Shown here: positions 33,700 through 45,942 of the stretch, in pieces | Layout of the letters: each line of letters opens with the position of its first letter | Position numbering within the stretch: position 1 is the first letter of the stretch | Assembly (NCBI GenBank): GCA_963721965.1 | Contig: CAVRKT010000022.1 | Location: 2,331 to 66,330, forward strand | From: an uncultured Actinomycetota bacterium | GTDB taxonomy: Bacteria; Actinomycetota; Actinomycetes; Propionibacteriales; Nocardioidaceae | Length of the DNA: 64,000 bases | Direction: 5' to 3' | Translations under genes and position numbers: made by a program | Notes under the pieces: model-generated | What the model saw: the letters and a program-made list of their open reading frames with translations, nothing else | What the model was told of the DNA's origin: nothing | The model's database searches: none

Positions 33700-34738
33700 G
33701 TGACGTTGACCGCATCGAACCTGGAGTCCCACGGCGACGACCACTTCGACGGTGACGCCACTGAGGGTGACGACACGGGCGGTCGCGACGTCAAGGGTCG
33801 GTCCCCGCTGCGGCTGGCGGCCGCGCGGTTCCGCAAGGACAAGCTGTCGATGGTGGCGTTCACCATCACCGCGGTCTTCGTGGTCACGGCGATCGTCGCC
33901 GCCGTTCCTGGTCAAGTTCGGCGTCCTGCACCCCAACTCCTTCAACCAGGACCTCCTCGACTACTCGACGCGGCGGCATCCCGGAAGGCTTCGGTGGCGG
34001 CATCAGCTGGAGCCACCCGCTCGGGCGTCGAGCCCACCACGGGTCGCGACGTGCTCTCCCGGCTCATGCTCGGCACGACGCTCGTCGCTCACGATCGCGG
34101 TCACCGCGGCGCTGCTCACCGTCATGTTCGGCACGGTCGCTCGGCATCATCGCCGGCTTCACCGGCGGCGTCGTCGACAGCGCCATCGGCCGCCTCATCG
34201 ACCTGACGCTCTCGTTCCCGGCCACGCTGATGCTGCTGGCGCTCTCCGGAGTGATCACCGACCGGATGGGTGACATCGGGATCCCGCACGGGCCCAACGG
34301 CGCGCTCATCGACGGCCTCTACGTCGTCGTCGTGCTGGCCGTCTTCGGCTGGCCGCCGGTGGCCCGGCTGATCCGCGGCCAGGTGCTCTCGATCCGCGAG
34401 CGGGAGTACGTCGACGCGCTCGATCCTCATGGGCGCCTCGCGGTTCCGGATCTACTTCAAGGAGATCCTGCCGAACCTGTGGGCCCCGATCCTGGTCTAC
34501 TTCACGCTGCTGATGCCGGCCTACGTCTCCGCGGAGGCCGCCCTGAACTTCCTCGGCGTCGGCATCAACAACCCGACCCCGACGCTCGGCAACGTGCTGC
34601 GCGGGGCGCTCGGGTACGCGCAGACCGACTTCTTCTTCTTCTTCGTCCCGGCCGCGATCATCGCCGCCATCGTCGTCGTCGTTCAACCTGCTCGGCGACG
34701 GCGCGCGCGACGCGCTCGACCCGAGGGCGGCCCGCTGA
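33700..34738 (+). CDS. Peptide ABC transporter permease (OppC/BldKA-like; indels)
   Basis: [30 protein letters not shown] and FNLLGDG...DALDP motifs. Confidence 0.88.
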
Positions 34739-34824
34739 GCGGCCGTCGGCTCACCACCAGACTTTCCGCTAGGAAAGAACCCGCCGCCGGCGTCTCGGCG
34801 GCGATACCCCTCGAAGGAGAAAAC

Positions 34825-36604
34825 ATGGGCAGGAAGCGCAAGCAGCTCGATTGCTGTCGCAGCGTCCACCGTGCTCGCGGCCACGCTGGCCGCGTGCGGC
34901 GGCGACGATGGCGGAGCAGGCGGTGGCGGCGAGCAAGCAGGAGCGCACCGACGCCGAGCAGGGTGGTACGATCTACCTATCTGCGAGACCTCGGTCACCG
35001 AGCACCTCGACCCGCAGCGCATCTACGTCGGTCGCGACATCTCGAACCTGGGCCGGCTGGTCTACCGCGGTCTGGTGACGTTCCCCGCGGGCGAGACCGA
35101 CCCGGCCAAGGGCACCACCCCGGTCCCCGACCTCGCCACCGACACCGGCACCTCGAACGACGACGCCACCGAGTGGCAGTTCACCGTCAAGGACGGCGCC
35201 AAGTGGCAGGACGGCGAGCCCGATCACCTGTGAGGACTTCGCCTACGGCGCCTCGCGCAACTTCGCCACCGACGTCATCACCGGTGGCCCGAACTACTAC
35301 CTGCGCGACTACCTCGACATCCCCGAGGAGGAGCCGACGGCGTCTCGGTCTACAAGGGTCCCTACACCGGTGACGGCCAGGAGGAGTTCGACAAGGCCGT
35401 CACCTGCGACGGCAGCACCATCACCTACAAGTTCCGCAAGGCCTTGCCCGGACTTCCCGCTGGCCGTCGCCGCGCTGCACGCCGTCTCGACCCGTACCGC
35501 GAGGACCTCGACCAGGGCGACAAGAACAACCTCGGTCGTCATCTCCAACGGTCCCTACAAGCTCGACGGGGACTGGAACGAGGACACCGGCGGCACGTTC
35601 GTCCGCAACGACCGAGTGGGACGGCGCCGAGGACACGCAACCGCGAGGCCAACTTCGACTCGATCACCTTCGAGGTCGGCATCGAGCCCGAGGTCCAGCA
35701 TCGACCGGCTGATCGCCGACGGCGACGACGCGAACACGATCGCGACCACGCAACGTCCCGGCCTCCCGGTACGCCGCAGATCACCGGTGACGGTCCAGGA
35801 GCGCTCGCACGCTACATCGAGTCGCCGTTCACCAACTACCTGCGTGCCGAACTTCAACCGGGTCACGAACCTCAAGGTCCGTCAGGCGCTGGCCCTGGCC
35901 ACCAACCGTGCTGCCTACATCGGCGCGCTCGGTGGCGAGAACGCCTCCACCCCGGCGCAGACTCGATCGTGAGCCCCGGCGTCCCCGGCTACACGCCGAA
36001 CGAGGCGTTCGGCTCGGCCGACGGTGGCGACATCGAGGCGGCGAAGAAGCTGCTCGAGGAGTCCGGCGAGAAGACGCCGTACCCGATCAAGCTCACCTAC
36101 CCGATCGGTTCGGACGAGTCGGACAAGGCCTTCGCGGCCCTCAAGGACGACCTACGACCAGGCCGGCTTCGACGTCGACGCTCGAGGGTCTCGACCCCTC
36201 GGGCCCGTACTACGACACCATCCAGAAGCCGGACTCCGACAGCGACCTCATCTGGGGTGGCTGGGGTGCTGACTGGCCGTCGATCTCCACGGTGATCCCG
36301 CCGCTGTTCGACAGCCGCATCAACCTGACCCCGACCAACGAACGGTCAGGACTACGGCAACTACGACAGCGACGAGGTCAACGCCGCGATGGACGAGGCC
36401 GCCGCCGAGACCGACCTGGACGCCAGCGCCGCGACGTGGGCCGAGGTCGACAACAAGCTCGCCGAGGACGTCGCCTACATCCCGCTCGACACCACCAAGT
36501 TCTTCTACCTGCGTGGGTCGAACATCGCGAACTACGTGAACGCGGTGTCGACGAGCGGCTACCCCGACCTGGGAGTCATCTCCCTGGTCGACCCCGACGC
36601 GTGA
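34825..36604 (+). CDS. Peptide ABC transporter substrate-binding lipoprotein (family 5, BldKB-like; many indels)
   Basis: Lipobox LAAC; EHLDPQRIY, VPDLATD, KVRQAL and GWGADWP motifs; SD AAGGAG. Confidence 0.88.
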
Positions 36605-36665
36605 TCGACCCGATCACCCAGCGGGACCAGCTCCACCAGCATCACCGGCGCTGAGGCGCCACCGG

Positions 36666-36706
36666 GCCGCGCGGCCCCACGTCGAAACGACGTGGGGCCG
36701 CGCGGC
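36666..36706 (+). terminator. Perfect 19-bp stem hairpin after the substrate-binding gene
   Basis: GCCGCGCGGCCCCACGTCG-AAA-CGACGTGGGGCCGCGCGGC. Confidence 0.75.
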
Positions 36707-36756
36707 ACCGTCCGGGCGTAGGGTCCGGGACCAACGGATGATCCTCGAGGTGGCAG

Positions 36757-37774
36757 ATGTTCGCGTACACGGTCCGACGCGTCTTCGCGGGAATGATCCT
36801 GCTCGTCGTCATGAGCATGATCACCTTCGTCCTGTTCTTCGCCAGCTCCGAGCAGCCCGAGCGGTTCGCCTGCGGACCGAAGTGCACCCAGCAACAGCTC
36901 GAGACCACGCGAGTGGCGCTCGGCTACGACGAGCCGATCTACATCCAGTGGGGCAAGTTCGCCAAGGGCGTCGTGGCCGGCCGTCAGTTCCCGGAGGACG
37001 AGAAGCTCAAGCAGACCGCCCCCGAGCTGATCACCGAGTGCCCGGCGCCGTGCCTGGGCTACTCCCAGGGCTACAACACCCCGGTCGCTCGACAAGATCT
37101 CCGACGCGCTGCCGATCTCGGTCTCCCTGGCCATCGTCGCCTTCATCCTCTGGATGACCGGCGGCGTGCTGCTTCGGGGTGATCGCCGCCTTGCGAAAGG
37201 GCACGATCATCGACCGCGGCGATCGTCGCACTGTCGCTGATCGCCTTCGCCTTCCCCACCTTCTTCATCGGCCTGCTGCTGCTCCAGTTCGTGGCGATCC
37301 GCTGGGGCGTGGTCGACATCCCTGCCTACACGCCGTTCACCGAGGGTCCCTGGGCGTGGTTCAGCGGCCTGATCCTGCCCGCGTTCACGTTGGCGCTGGT
37401 CTACATGGCCGGCTACATCCGGATGACGCGCGCGTTCGTCCTGGAGACGATGAGCGAGGACTACATCCGCACCGCGCGGGCCAAGGGCCTGCCCAAGCGC
37501 GTGGTGGTCGGCAAGCACACGCTGCGGGCGACGCTGACACCACTGGTGACGCTCTCCGGCCTCGACCTGGCCGGTCTGCTCGGCGGCGCGATCATCACCG
37601 AGTCGGTCTTCAACTTCAACGGCGTCGGACGCCTCGCCGTCCGCTCGATCGCAGCGCTTCGACCTGCCGATCATCGTCGGGATCGTGCTGCTGGTGGCAG
37701 CGTTCGTGATCGTGGCCAACATCGTCGTCGACCTCCTCTACGCGGTCATCGACCCGCGCGTCCGCCTCGGCTGA
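36757..37774 (+). CDS. Peptide ABC transporter permease (OppB/BldKC-like; indels)
   Basis: LILPAFTL, EDYIRTARAKGL, GAIITESVF and NIVVDLLYAVIDPRVR motifs. Confidence 0.9.
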
Positions 37775-37823
37775 CCGGACTCAGCACCAGCGACGCCGAG
37801 ACGTACAGCGAGAAGGAGTCAGC

Positions 37824-38933
37824 ATGTCCTCCACCGACGAGGTCACCGCGGCCGCGCCGCGCAGCGCCACGCCCTCCGACGGCGCCCCGCTGCTGGTCGT
37901 CGACGACCTCAAGGTCCACTTCCCGACCAGCGACGGCGTCGTCAAGGCCGTCGACGGCCTGAGCTACACCGTCGAGCGCGGCAAGACGCTCGGCATCGTG
38001 GGGGAGTCCGGCTCGGGCAAGTCGGTGTCGAGCTCGGCCATCATGGGCCTGTTCCACGGCACCACGGCTGCGGTCTCGGGCAGCATCTGGCTCGACGGCA
38101 CGCGACGTCCTCGCGCTCGAGGAGAACGAGATGCGCCGGCTGCGCGGCCAGGACGTCGCGATGATCTTCCAGGACCCGCTCTCGGCCCTGCACCCCTACT
38201 ACACGCGTCGGCGCCCAGATCGTCGAGGCCTACCGGGTCCACAACGACGTGTCGAAGAAGGTCGCGCGCAAGCGGGCCATCGAGATGCTCGACCGGGTCG
38301 GCATCCCGCAGCCCGAGACCGCGGGTCGACGACTACCCGCACCAGTTCTCCGGCGGCATGCGCCAGCGCGCGATGATCGCGATGGGGCTGATCAACGACC
38401 CCGCGCTGCTGATCGCCGACGAGCCGACCACCGCGCTCGACGTCACGGTGCAGGCCCAGATCCTCGACCTGCTGCAGGACCTGCAGCGCGAGTTCAACTC
38501 GGCGGTCATCATCATCACCCACGACCTCGGGGTCGTCGCCGAGATGACCGACGACATCCTGGTCATGTACGCCGGCCGGGCGGTCGAGTACGGCGCGACC
38601 AAGGAGATCCTGACCCACCCGGAGATGCCGTACACCTGGGGCCTGCTCTCCAGCGTGCCCGGACGTCACTCGGTGACACCAGCGCCAAGCTGATCCCGAT
38701 CCCGGGCAACCCGCCGACGCTGCTCAACCCGCCGACCGGCTGCGCCTTCCACCCGCGCTGCACGCACCGCGACAAGGTGCCCGGCGACCTGTGCGCCACC
38801 GAGCTGCCCGACCTGCTGCCCGGCAGCCGGGGACCGGGGCACCTCAAGCGCTGCCACCTGCCCAACTCCCGACGAGGTCTTCCAGACCGAGGTCCTGCCC
38901 GAGATCGCCCCCGACCTCGTGGAGGAGCGCTGA
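37824..38933 (+). CDS. Peptide ABC transporter ATP-binding protein (OppD-like; indels)
   Basis: [29 protein letters not shown] and GCAFHPRC motifs. Confidence 0.92.
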
Positions 38934-40220
38934 TGTCCGAGACCGGAACCGACGAGCCGGCACGAGAGGGCGTCGACACCAGTGGTGCCGGGGAGGCCGA
39001 GAAGCGGCACCTTCATCACCGACGCCGACCTGCGACCCGATGACGGCGCACGCGGCGACCGAGGCGCCCGTCGACGCCGAGCCGATCCTCCAGGTCAAGA
39101 ACCTCACGATGTACTTCCCGGTGAAGTCGCTCGGGCCTCATCCACCGCACCGTCGGCCAGGTGCAGGCCGTCGACGGCGTCTCGTTCGAGGTGCTCGAGG
39201 GCGGCTCGCTCGGCCTGGTGGGCGAGTCCGGCTGCGGCAAGTCCACGACCGGGCGCCTGATCACCCGGCTCTACGAGCCGACCGGCGGCGAGATCATGTT
39301 CGAGGGCAAGGACATCGCAGATCCACGCGCGAGCGCGACCTCAAGCCGCTGCGCAAGGACATCCAGATGATCTTCCAGGACCCCTACACGTCGCTGAACC
39401 CGCGGCACACGGTCGGCACGATCATCGGCGCCCCGCTGCGCATCCACAACGTGGTGCCCAAGGACAAGGTCCTCGACGCGGGTCCAGGAGCTGCTCTCGA
39501 TCGTCGGGCTCAACCCCGAGCACTACAACCGCTACCCGAACGAGTTCTCCGGCGGCCAGCGCCAGCGCATCGGCATCGCCCGGGCGCTGACCCTGAACCC
39601 CAAGCTGCTGGTGGCCGACGAGCCGGTCTCCGCCCTCGACGTCTCGATCCAGGCGCAGGTGGTCAACCTGCTCCAGGACATCCAGAGCGAGTTCGGGGTC
39701 GCGTTCCTGTTCATCGCCCACGACCTCGCGATCGTGCGGCACTTCTGCCCCGAGATCGCGGTGATGTACCTCGGCAAGATCGTCGAGATCGGCGACCGGG
39801 AGAGCATCTACAACGGCGCCCACCACCCCTACACCCAGGCGCTGCTGTCGGCGGTGCCCGACGTCAAGCAGGCGGCGATCGGCGGACGCCGCGAGCGGAT
39901 CCAGCTCGAGGGCGACGTGCCCAGCCCGATCAACCCGCCGTCCGGCTGCCGGTTCCGCACCCGCTGCCCGCTCGCCCAGGAGATCTGCGCCAAGCACGAG
40001 CCGCCGCTGCTGCAGATCGGCCCCAAGCACAAGGTGGCCTGCCACTTCCCGGGCCGCATCGAGGCAGCACCCGGACACCCCGATCACCGCGCGGCTGCTC
40101 GGTGTCGACGACGCGGGCAACCCCGACCCGGGGGCCAGCCCGAGCGAGAAGCTCACCACGCAGCCCGGCTACGACGACACCTGGTTCGACCTGGACAAGA
40201 AGACGTTTGGACGAGCCTGA
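38933..40220 (+). CDS. Peptide ABC transporter ATP-binding protein (OppF-like; indels; start may be 39040)
   Basis: [26 protein letters not shown] and GCRFRTRC motifs. Confidence 0.92.
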
Positions 40221-41589
40221 CGCGCTCTTCGACGCGCCCGGCGGCTCCTCCGCGCCGGCGCCTCGGCAGGGACCGGCAGCGGGTCGCTGAGCGACGCCGC
40301 GCACGCCTCGGCGCCGCTCGCCGTCCGGATGCGGCCGCGCACGCTCGACGAGCTCGCCGGGCAGGAGCAGCTGCGCGCGCCCGGGCTCGCCGCTGCGCCA
40401 GCTGGTCGAGGGCGACCAGTCGCTGTCGCTGCTGCTGTGGGGACCGCCCGGCACCGGCAAGACCACGATCGCCTCGATCGTGAGCCGCACGACCGGCCGC
40501 CGGTTCGTCGAGGTGTCGGCGGTCTCGGCCGGCGTCAAGGAGGTGCGGGCGGCCATCGACGCCGCCCGTCGCGAGCTGGTGCGCACCGGCGCGGAGACGG
40601 TGCTGTTCGTCGACGAGGTGCACCGCTTCAGCAAGGCCCAGCAGGACGCGCTGCTGCCGGGCGTCGAGAACCGCTGGGTCACGCTGGTCGCCGCCACCAC
40701 CGAGAACCCGTTCTTCTCCGTGATCTCGCCGCTGCTCTCGCGCAGCCTGCTGCTGCGGCTGGAGTCGCTGACCGACGACGACGTCCGCGGCGTGCTCGAC
40801 GGTGCGCTCACCGACGAGCGCGGCCTGGCGGGCGCGGTCGAGGTCGACGACGAGGCGCTCGACCACCTGGTGCGGCTGGCCGGCGGCGACGCGCGGCGAG
40901 TCGCTGACCTACCTGGAGGCGGCCGCCGGGGCGGCCACGGCGCGCGGCGCGCGAGCGGATCGACCTCGAGACCGCCGAGACCGCCGTCGACCGGGCCGCG
41001 GTGCGCTACGACCGGCAGGGCGACCAGCACTACGACGTCACCAGCGCCTTCATCAAGTCGATCCGCGGCTCCGACGCCGACGCCGCGCTGCACTACCTGG
41101 CGCGGATGATGGAGGCGGGGGAGGACCCGCGGTTCATCGCCCGGCGGCTGGTGATCCTCGCCAGCGAGGACATCGGCCTCGCCGACCCGACCGCGCTGCC
41201 CACCGCGGTCGGCGACCGCGCAGGCGGTGCAGCTGATCGGCATGCCCGAGGCCGGGCTCAACCTCGCCCACGCCGTCGATCGCGCTGGCCGTGGCGCCGA
41301 AGTCGAACGCCGTCACCACCGCGATCGGCGCGGCCACCGCCGACGTGCGGGCCGGCAAGGTCGGCCCGGTGCCGGCGCACCTGCGCGACGCCCACTACTC
41401 CGGCTCGCAGAAGCTCGGCCACGGCAAGGCCTACACCTACAGCCACGACGCGCCGTACGGCATCGCCGAGCAGCAGTACGCCCCCGACGTCGTCGCCGAC
41501 GCCGAGTACTACCGCCCACCGAGATCGGCGCCGAGGCCGCCATCAAGGAGCGGTGGGAGCGGGTCCGGCGGCTGATCCGCGGCAAGTGA
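40207..41589 (+). CDS. rarA: Replication-associated recombination protein A (indels)
   Basis: [41 protein letters not shown] and VPAHLRD motifs. Confidence 0.95.
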
Positions 41590-41610
41590 CGGTCCTGCCG
41601 CCTCGGGTGG

Positions 41611-41734
41611 GCGGTGACCTGGTGAGGCCTTCCGAGGCCCAGGACCTCTGCAGCTCACCGCCACCCCGGGGCCAGGCGGGTCAGCGGTGAGGTACTGAGG
41701 ATCTCGGCGCGCAGAAACCTCACCAGGTCACCGC
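41611..41734. repeat. 124-bp REP/REPIN-like inverted-repeat element
   Basis: Perfect 17-bp outer inverted repeat GCGGTGACCTGGTGAGG / CCTCACCAGGTCACCGC with inner CTCACCGC...GCGGTGAG. Confidence 0.8.
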
Positions 41735-41781
41735 TGCCCCACGGTCGCCCGCGGGAACTGTTGCGCCTAGGCTCGGTGCCC

Positions 41782-42287
41782 ATGACCGCCGACTGGACCG
41801 CGCCGGCCTGGGCCGTGCTCGCCGCCGTCGGTGTCGCTGGTCCTCCTGCGTGCTCGGTCTGGTCGTCGCGGTGGCTCGGTTCGCGACGTCGCACCGCCGC
41901 CTCGCTCGCCGACGGCCGCCGGGACGCCGAGGCGCTGCGCGAGCAGGTCGAGGCGATCGAGCGGCGGCTGCCGGGGCCGGCGCCGCGGCACCGGGCCGAG
42001 GAGAGCGAGTACACGATCACCACGATCGGTCGGCGAGCCGGACGCCGAGCCGGCGGAGCCGGCGCCGATGGTGCCCGGCGCCGCTGTTCGCCGACCTGGT
42101 GCTGCGCGAGAGCGTCGTGCAGGCGGCCTCGCTCGTGGCGGGCCTGCGCCGGGCGCTCGCGCCCGAGACCCGCAACCGGATCCGCTTCGAGATGCGGCAG
42201 GAGGTCAAGCGGGCCCGCCGGCAGCGGCGTGCCGACCTGCGCCAGGCGCGCCGCGAGCTCGAGGCGCGACAGCGGACCGCGGCATGA
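41782..42287 (+). CDS. Hypothetical membrane-anchored protein (indels)
   Basis: Hydrophobic N-terminus; C-terminal FADLVLRESVV...LRRALAPETRNRIRFEMRQEVKRARRQRR; GC3 bias. Confidence 0.7.
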
Positions 42288-42294
42288 GGCCCGC

Positions 42295-42585
42295 ATGAAC
42301 CGCGCGCCTCTGGTTCGCTCGCCGGCACCGGCGCCGGGTGTCTACGCCGCCGTCCGCGCCAGCGGCGTCGCCGAGGCAGCTGAGCGTCGACGGTCTGCGC
42401 GACCGGGTCGGCGGCCGCCGTCGTCGGCGCTGCGGATCTTCCGCGACGAGGTGGCGCAGGGCCGGGCCGAGGCGGAAACCGAGTTGCGCGAGCGCATGGG
42501 CGTGGCGCTCCATGAAGCCGAGGCGCGCCGCGAGCTCGCGGCCGTCGAGGCACCGCTGATCGACACGGAAGAGAGCAGCACCTGA
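42295..42585 (+). CDS. Small conserved protein upstream of alaS (DUF6167-like; indels)
   Basis: MNRALWF..G.GAGVYA...[17 protein letters not shown]; TGATG overlap with alaS. Confidence 0.7.
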   Translation: MNRAPLVRSPAPAPGVYAAVRASGVAEAAERRRSARPGRRPPSSALRIFRDEVAQGRAEAETELRERMGVALHEAEARRELAAVEAPLIDTEESST

Positions 42586-45288
42586 TGGAGACCAGCGAGA
42601 TCCGACGCCGCTTCCTCGCGCACTTCGAGCGCGCCGGGCACACCGTGGTGCCGTCGGCGTCGCTGCTGCTCGACGACCCCAACCTGCTGTTCGTCAACGC
42701 CGGCATGGTGCCGTTCAAGCCGTTCTTCCTCGGCCAGGAGACGCCGCCGTACCGCACCGCGCGACCAGCGTGCAGAAGTGCGTGCGCACCCCCGACATCG
42801 AGGACGTCGGCAAGACCACCCGCCACGGCACCTTCTTCGAGATGTGCGGCAACTTCTCCTTCGGCGACTACTTCAAGGAGGGCGCCATCGAGCTGGCCTG
42901 GGACCTGGTCACCAAGCCGCAGGCCGACGGCGGCTGGGGCCTGGAGGAGAGCCGGCTCTGGCCCTCGATCCTCTACGGCGACGACGAGGCGCTGGCGCTG
43001 TGGATGAAGGTCACCGGCCTGCCCGAGGACCGCATCGTCAAGCTCGGCCCCAAGGAGAACTACTGGTCGATGGGCGTGCCCGGGCCCGGCGGGCCGTGCT
43101 CGGAGATCCTCTACGACCGCGGCCCCGCGTACGGCCCGGACGCCGACTGGGCGGCGATGGGTCCGGCGATGGACGCCGCGCTCGAGGACCGCTACCTCGA
43201 GATCTGGAACCTCGTGTTCATGCAGGACGAGCTCAGCGCGGTCCGGTCGAAGGAGGACTTCGACGTCGTCGGGCCGCTGCCGACGAAGAACATCGACACC
43301 GGCATGGGACTCGAGCGGGTCGCGTTCCTGCTGCAGGGCGTCGACAACATGTACGAGATCGACGTGATGCGCCCGGTGATCGACGCGCCGAGGAGCTCAC
43401 CGGACGCCGGTACGGCGCCGACCCGGGCGACGACGTCCGGTTCCGCGTCGTGGCCGACCACGTGCGCAGCTCGATGATGCTGATCGGCGACGGCGTCACG
43501 CCCGGCAACGAGGCGCGCGGCTACGTGCTGCGCCGGCTGCTGCGCCGCGCGGTCCGCTCGATGCGGCTGCTCGGCTGCGAGGACCCGGTGCTGCCCGACG
43601 CTGATGCCGGTCAGCCGCGACAAGATGGGCGAGACCTACGGCGACCTGGTCACCGACTGGGAGCGGATCTCGCGGGTGGCGTACGCCGAGGAGGAGGCGT
43701 TCCGCAAGACGCTGGCCTCGGGCACGACGATCTTCGACACCGCGGCGCGCCAGGTGCGCGACGCGGGCGGCACCGAGCTGGCCGGCGAGCGCGCGTTCGC
43801 GCTGCACGACACCTACGGCTTCCCGATCGACCTGACCCTCGAGATGGCCTCCGAGGCCGGTCTCACCGTCGACGAGGCGGGCTTCCGCGGCCTGATGTCC
43901 GAGCAGCGCGAGCGCGCCAAGGCCGACGCCCGCGCCAAGCGCGGCCAGCACGCCGACACCGGCGTCTACCGCGACGTCCTCGACGCGCACGGCCCCACCG
44001 AGTGGCTCGCCTACGAGACGCTCGAGACCGAGTCGCGCCCGCTCGCGCTGCTCAGCGGCGGCGCCGCCGTCGAGGTGCTCGGCAACGGCGAGGTCGGCGA
44101 GCTCGTGCTCGACCGCACCCCGTTCTACGCCGAGTCCGGTGGCCAGGCCGCCGACGCCGGCATCATCGAGTTCGACGGCGGCCGGCTCGAGGTGCGTCGA
44201 CGTCCAGCGGCCGGTGCGCGGCCTCGTCGTGCACCAGGTGCGCGTGGTCGACGGCGAGCTCCACGCGGGCGTGTCCGACGCCGCGCAGCTGCACGCGCGG
44301 GTCGACCCCGACTGGCGCACCGGCGCGCGCCAGGCGCACTCCGGCACCCACGTGGTGCACGCGGCGCTGCGCCAGGTGCTCGGCCCCAGCGCGCTGCAGT
44401 CCGGCTCCTACAACCGACCCGGCTACCTGCGGCTCGACTTCGGCTGGACCCAGTCGCTCGCCCCCGACCAGCTGCGCGAGATCGAGCAGGTCTCCAACGA
44501 GGCGCTGCGCGCCGACCTGCCCGTCGCCTGGCAGTACATGACGCTGGAGCAGGCCAAGGAGTGGGGCGCGGTCGCGCTGTTCGGCGAGACCTACGACTCC
44601 AGCCAGGTGCGCGTCGTCGAGATCGGCGGGCCCTGGTCGCGCGAGCTCTGCGGCGGCACCCACGTCGACCACGCCTCGCAGATCGGCACCGTGGTCGTCA
44701 CCGGCGAGTCGTCGGTCGGCTCCGGCAGCCGACGCATCGAGGCGTTCACCGGGGTGGAGGGCTTCGCCTACCTCGCCCGGGAGCGCGACGTCGTCGGCCA
44801 GCTCACCGGCCTGCTCAAGACCCAGCCCGACGACCTCGTCGGCCGGGTCGCCGACCTCGTCGACCGGCTCCGCGTGGCGGAGAAGGAGATCGAGAAGGTG
44901 CGCGTGCAGCAGCTGCTCGCGGGCGGCGCCGAGCTCGCGGCGCGGCGCCCAGGACGTGAACGGCGCCCGGGTCGTGGCGCACCGCGTCGACGGCGCCGGC
45001 GGGGGCGACGTGCGCACGCTCGCCCTCGACGTGCGCGGCCGGCTGCCGCAGGACGCGCCCGGCGTCGTGGTGGTCGTCGGCGTGGCCGACGGCAAGGTCT
45101 CGGTGGTCGCGGCCTGCAACGACCTGGCTCAACAGCGCGGGATCGCGGCCGGCGACCTGGTGCGCGCCGTCGGCCCGCTGCTCGGCGGCAAGGGCGGCGG
45201 TCGCGCCGACGTCGCGCAGGGCGGCGGCTCCGACACCTCGCGCCTCGACGACGCGCTCGCGCTCGTCGTCGCCGAGGTCGCGAAGTAG
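42585..45288 (+). CDS. alaS: Alanine--tRNA ligase (indels)
   Basis: [52 protein letters not shown] and GGKGGG motifs. Confidence 0.97.
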
Positions 45289-45451
45289 TGGACGCCACCG
45301 GCAGTCCGTCGGGTGTCCCGCACCCCGGGCACGCACCTCGCGGCGTTGCCGTCACTCGCAGGACGACCGAGTACAGCTTCGCTCCGGCGCCTTGCGATGC
45401 ACGCACCCGGAGCACGGACCACACTCGACGGACCACCGGCGGCGACCACTC

Positions 45452-45942
45452 GTGAGGCACGGCGTCCGCATCGGCATCGACCCCGGTGACGCCCGGATCG
45501 GCGTCGCCCGCAGCGACCCGTCCGGCATGCTCGCCACCCCGGTCGAGACCGTGCACGCCGGACGGGCGCGCTGCGTCGGATCCGGCGACTGGTCGCCGAG
45601 CACGAGGCGTTCGAGGTGGTCGTGGGGCTGCCGCGGTCGCTCTCGGGGAGCGAGGGCCCGGCCGCGGCGAAGGTGCGCGAGTTCGCGGCCCGGCTCGCGG
45701 ACGGCGTCGCGCCGGTGCCGGTGCGGCTCGTCGACGAGCGTCTCACCACGGTGTCGGCGGAGGCTATGCTGCGCGACCGTGGCCGGAAGGGGAGCGGACG
45801 GCGCGCCGTGGTCGACCAGGCCGCTGCCGTGCTGATCCTGCAGCACGCCCTCGACAGCGAGCGCGCCTCGGGTCGAGCGCCCGGCGAGCCGGTGCCCGCC
45901 GGACCAGCGGACCAGGACCAGGAGACGCATGACGGAGCGTGA
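45452..45942 (+). CDS. ruvX: Holliday junction resolvase-like / pre-16S rRNA nuclease YqgF (indel)
   Basis: GIDPGDARIGVA, VVGLP, VDERLTT and DQAAAVLIL motifs. Confidence 0.94.
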
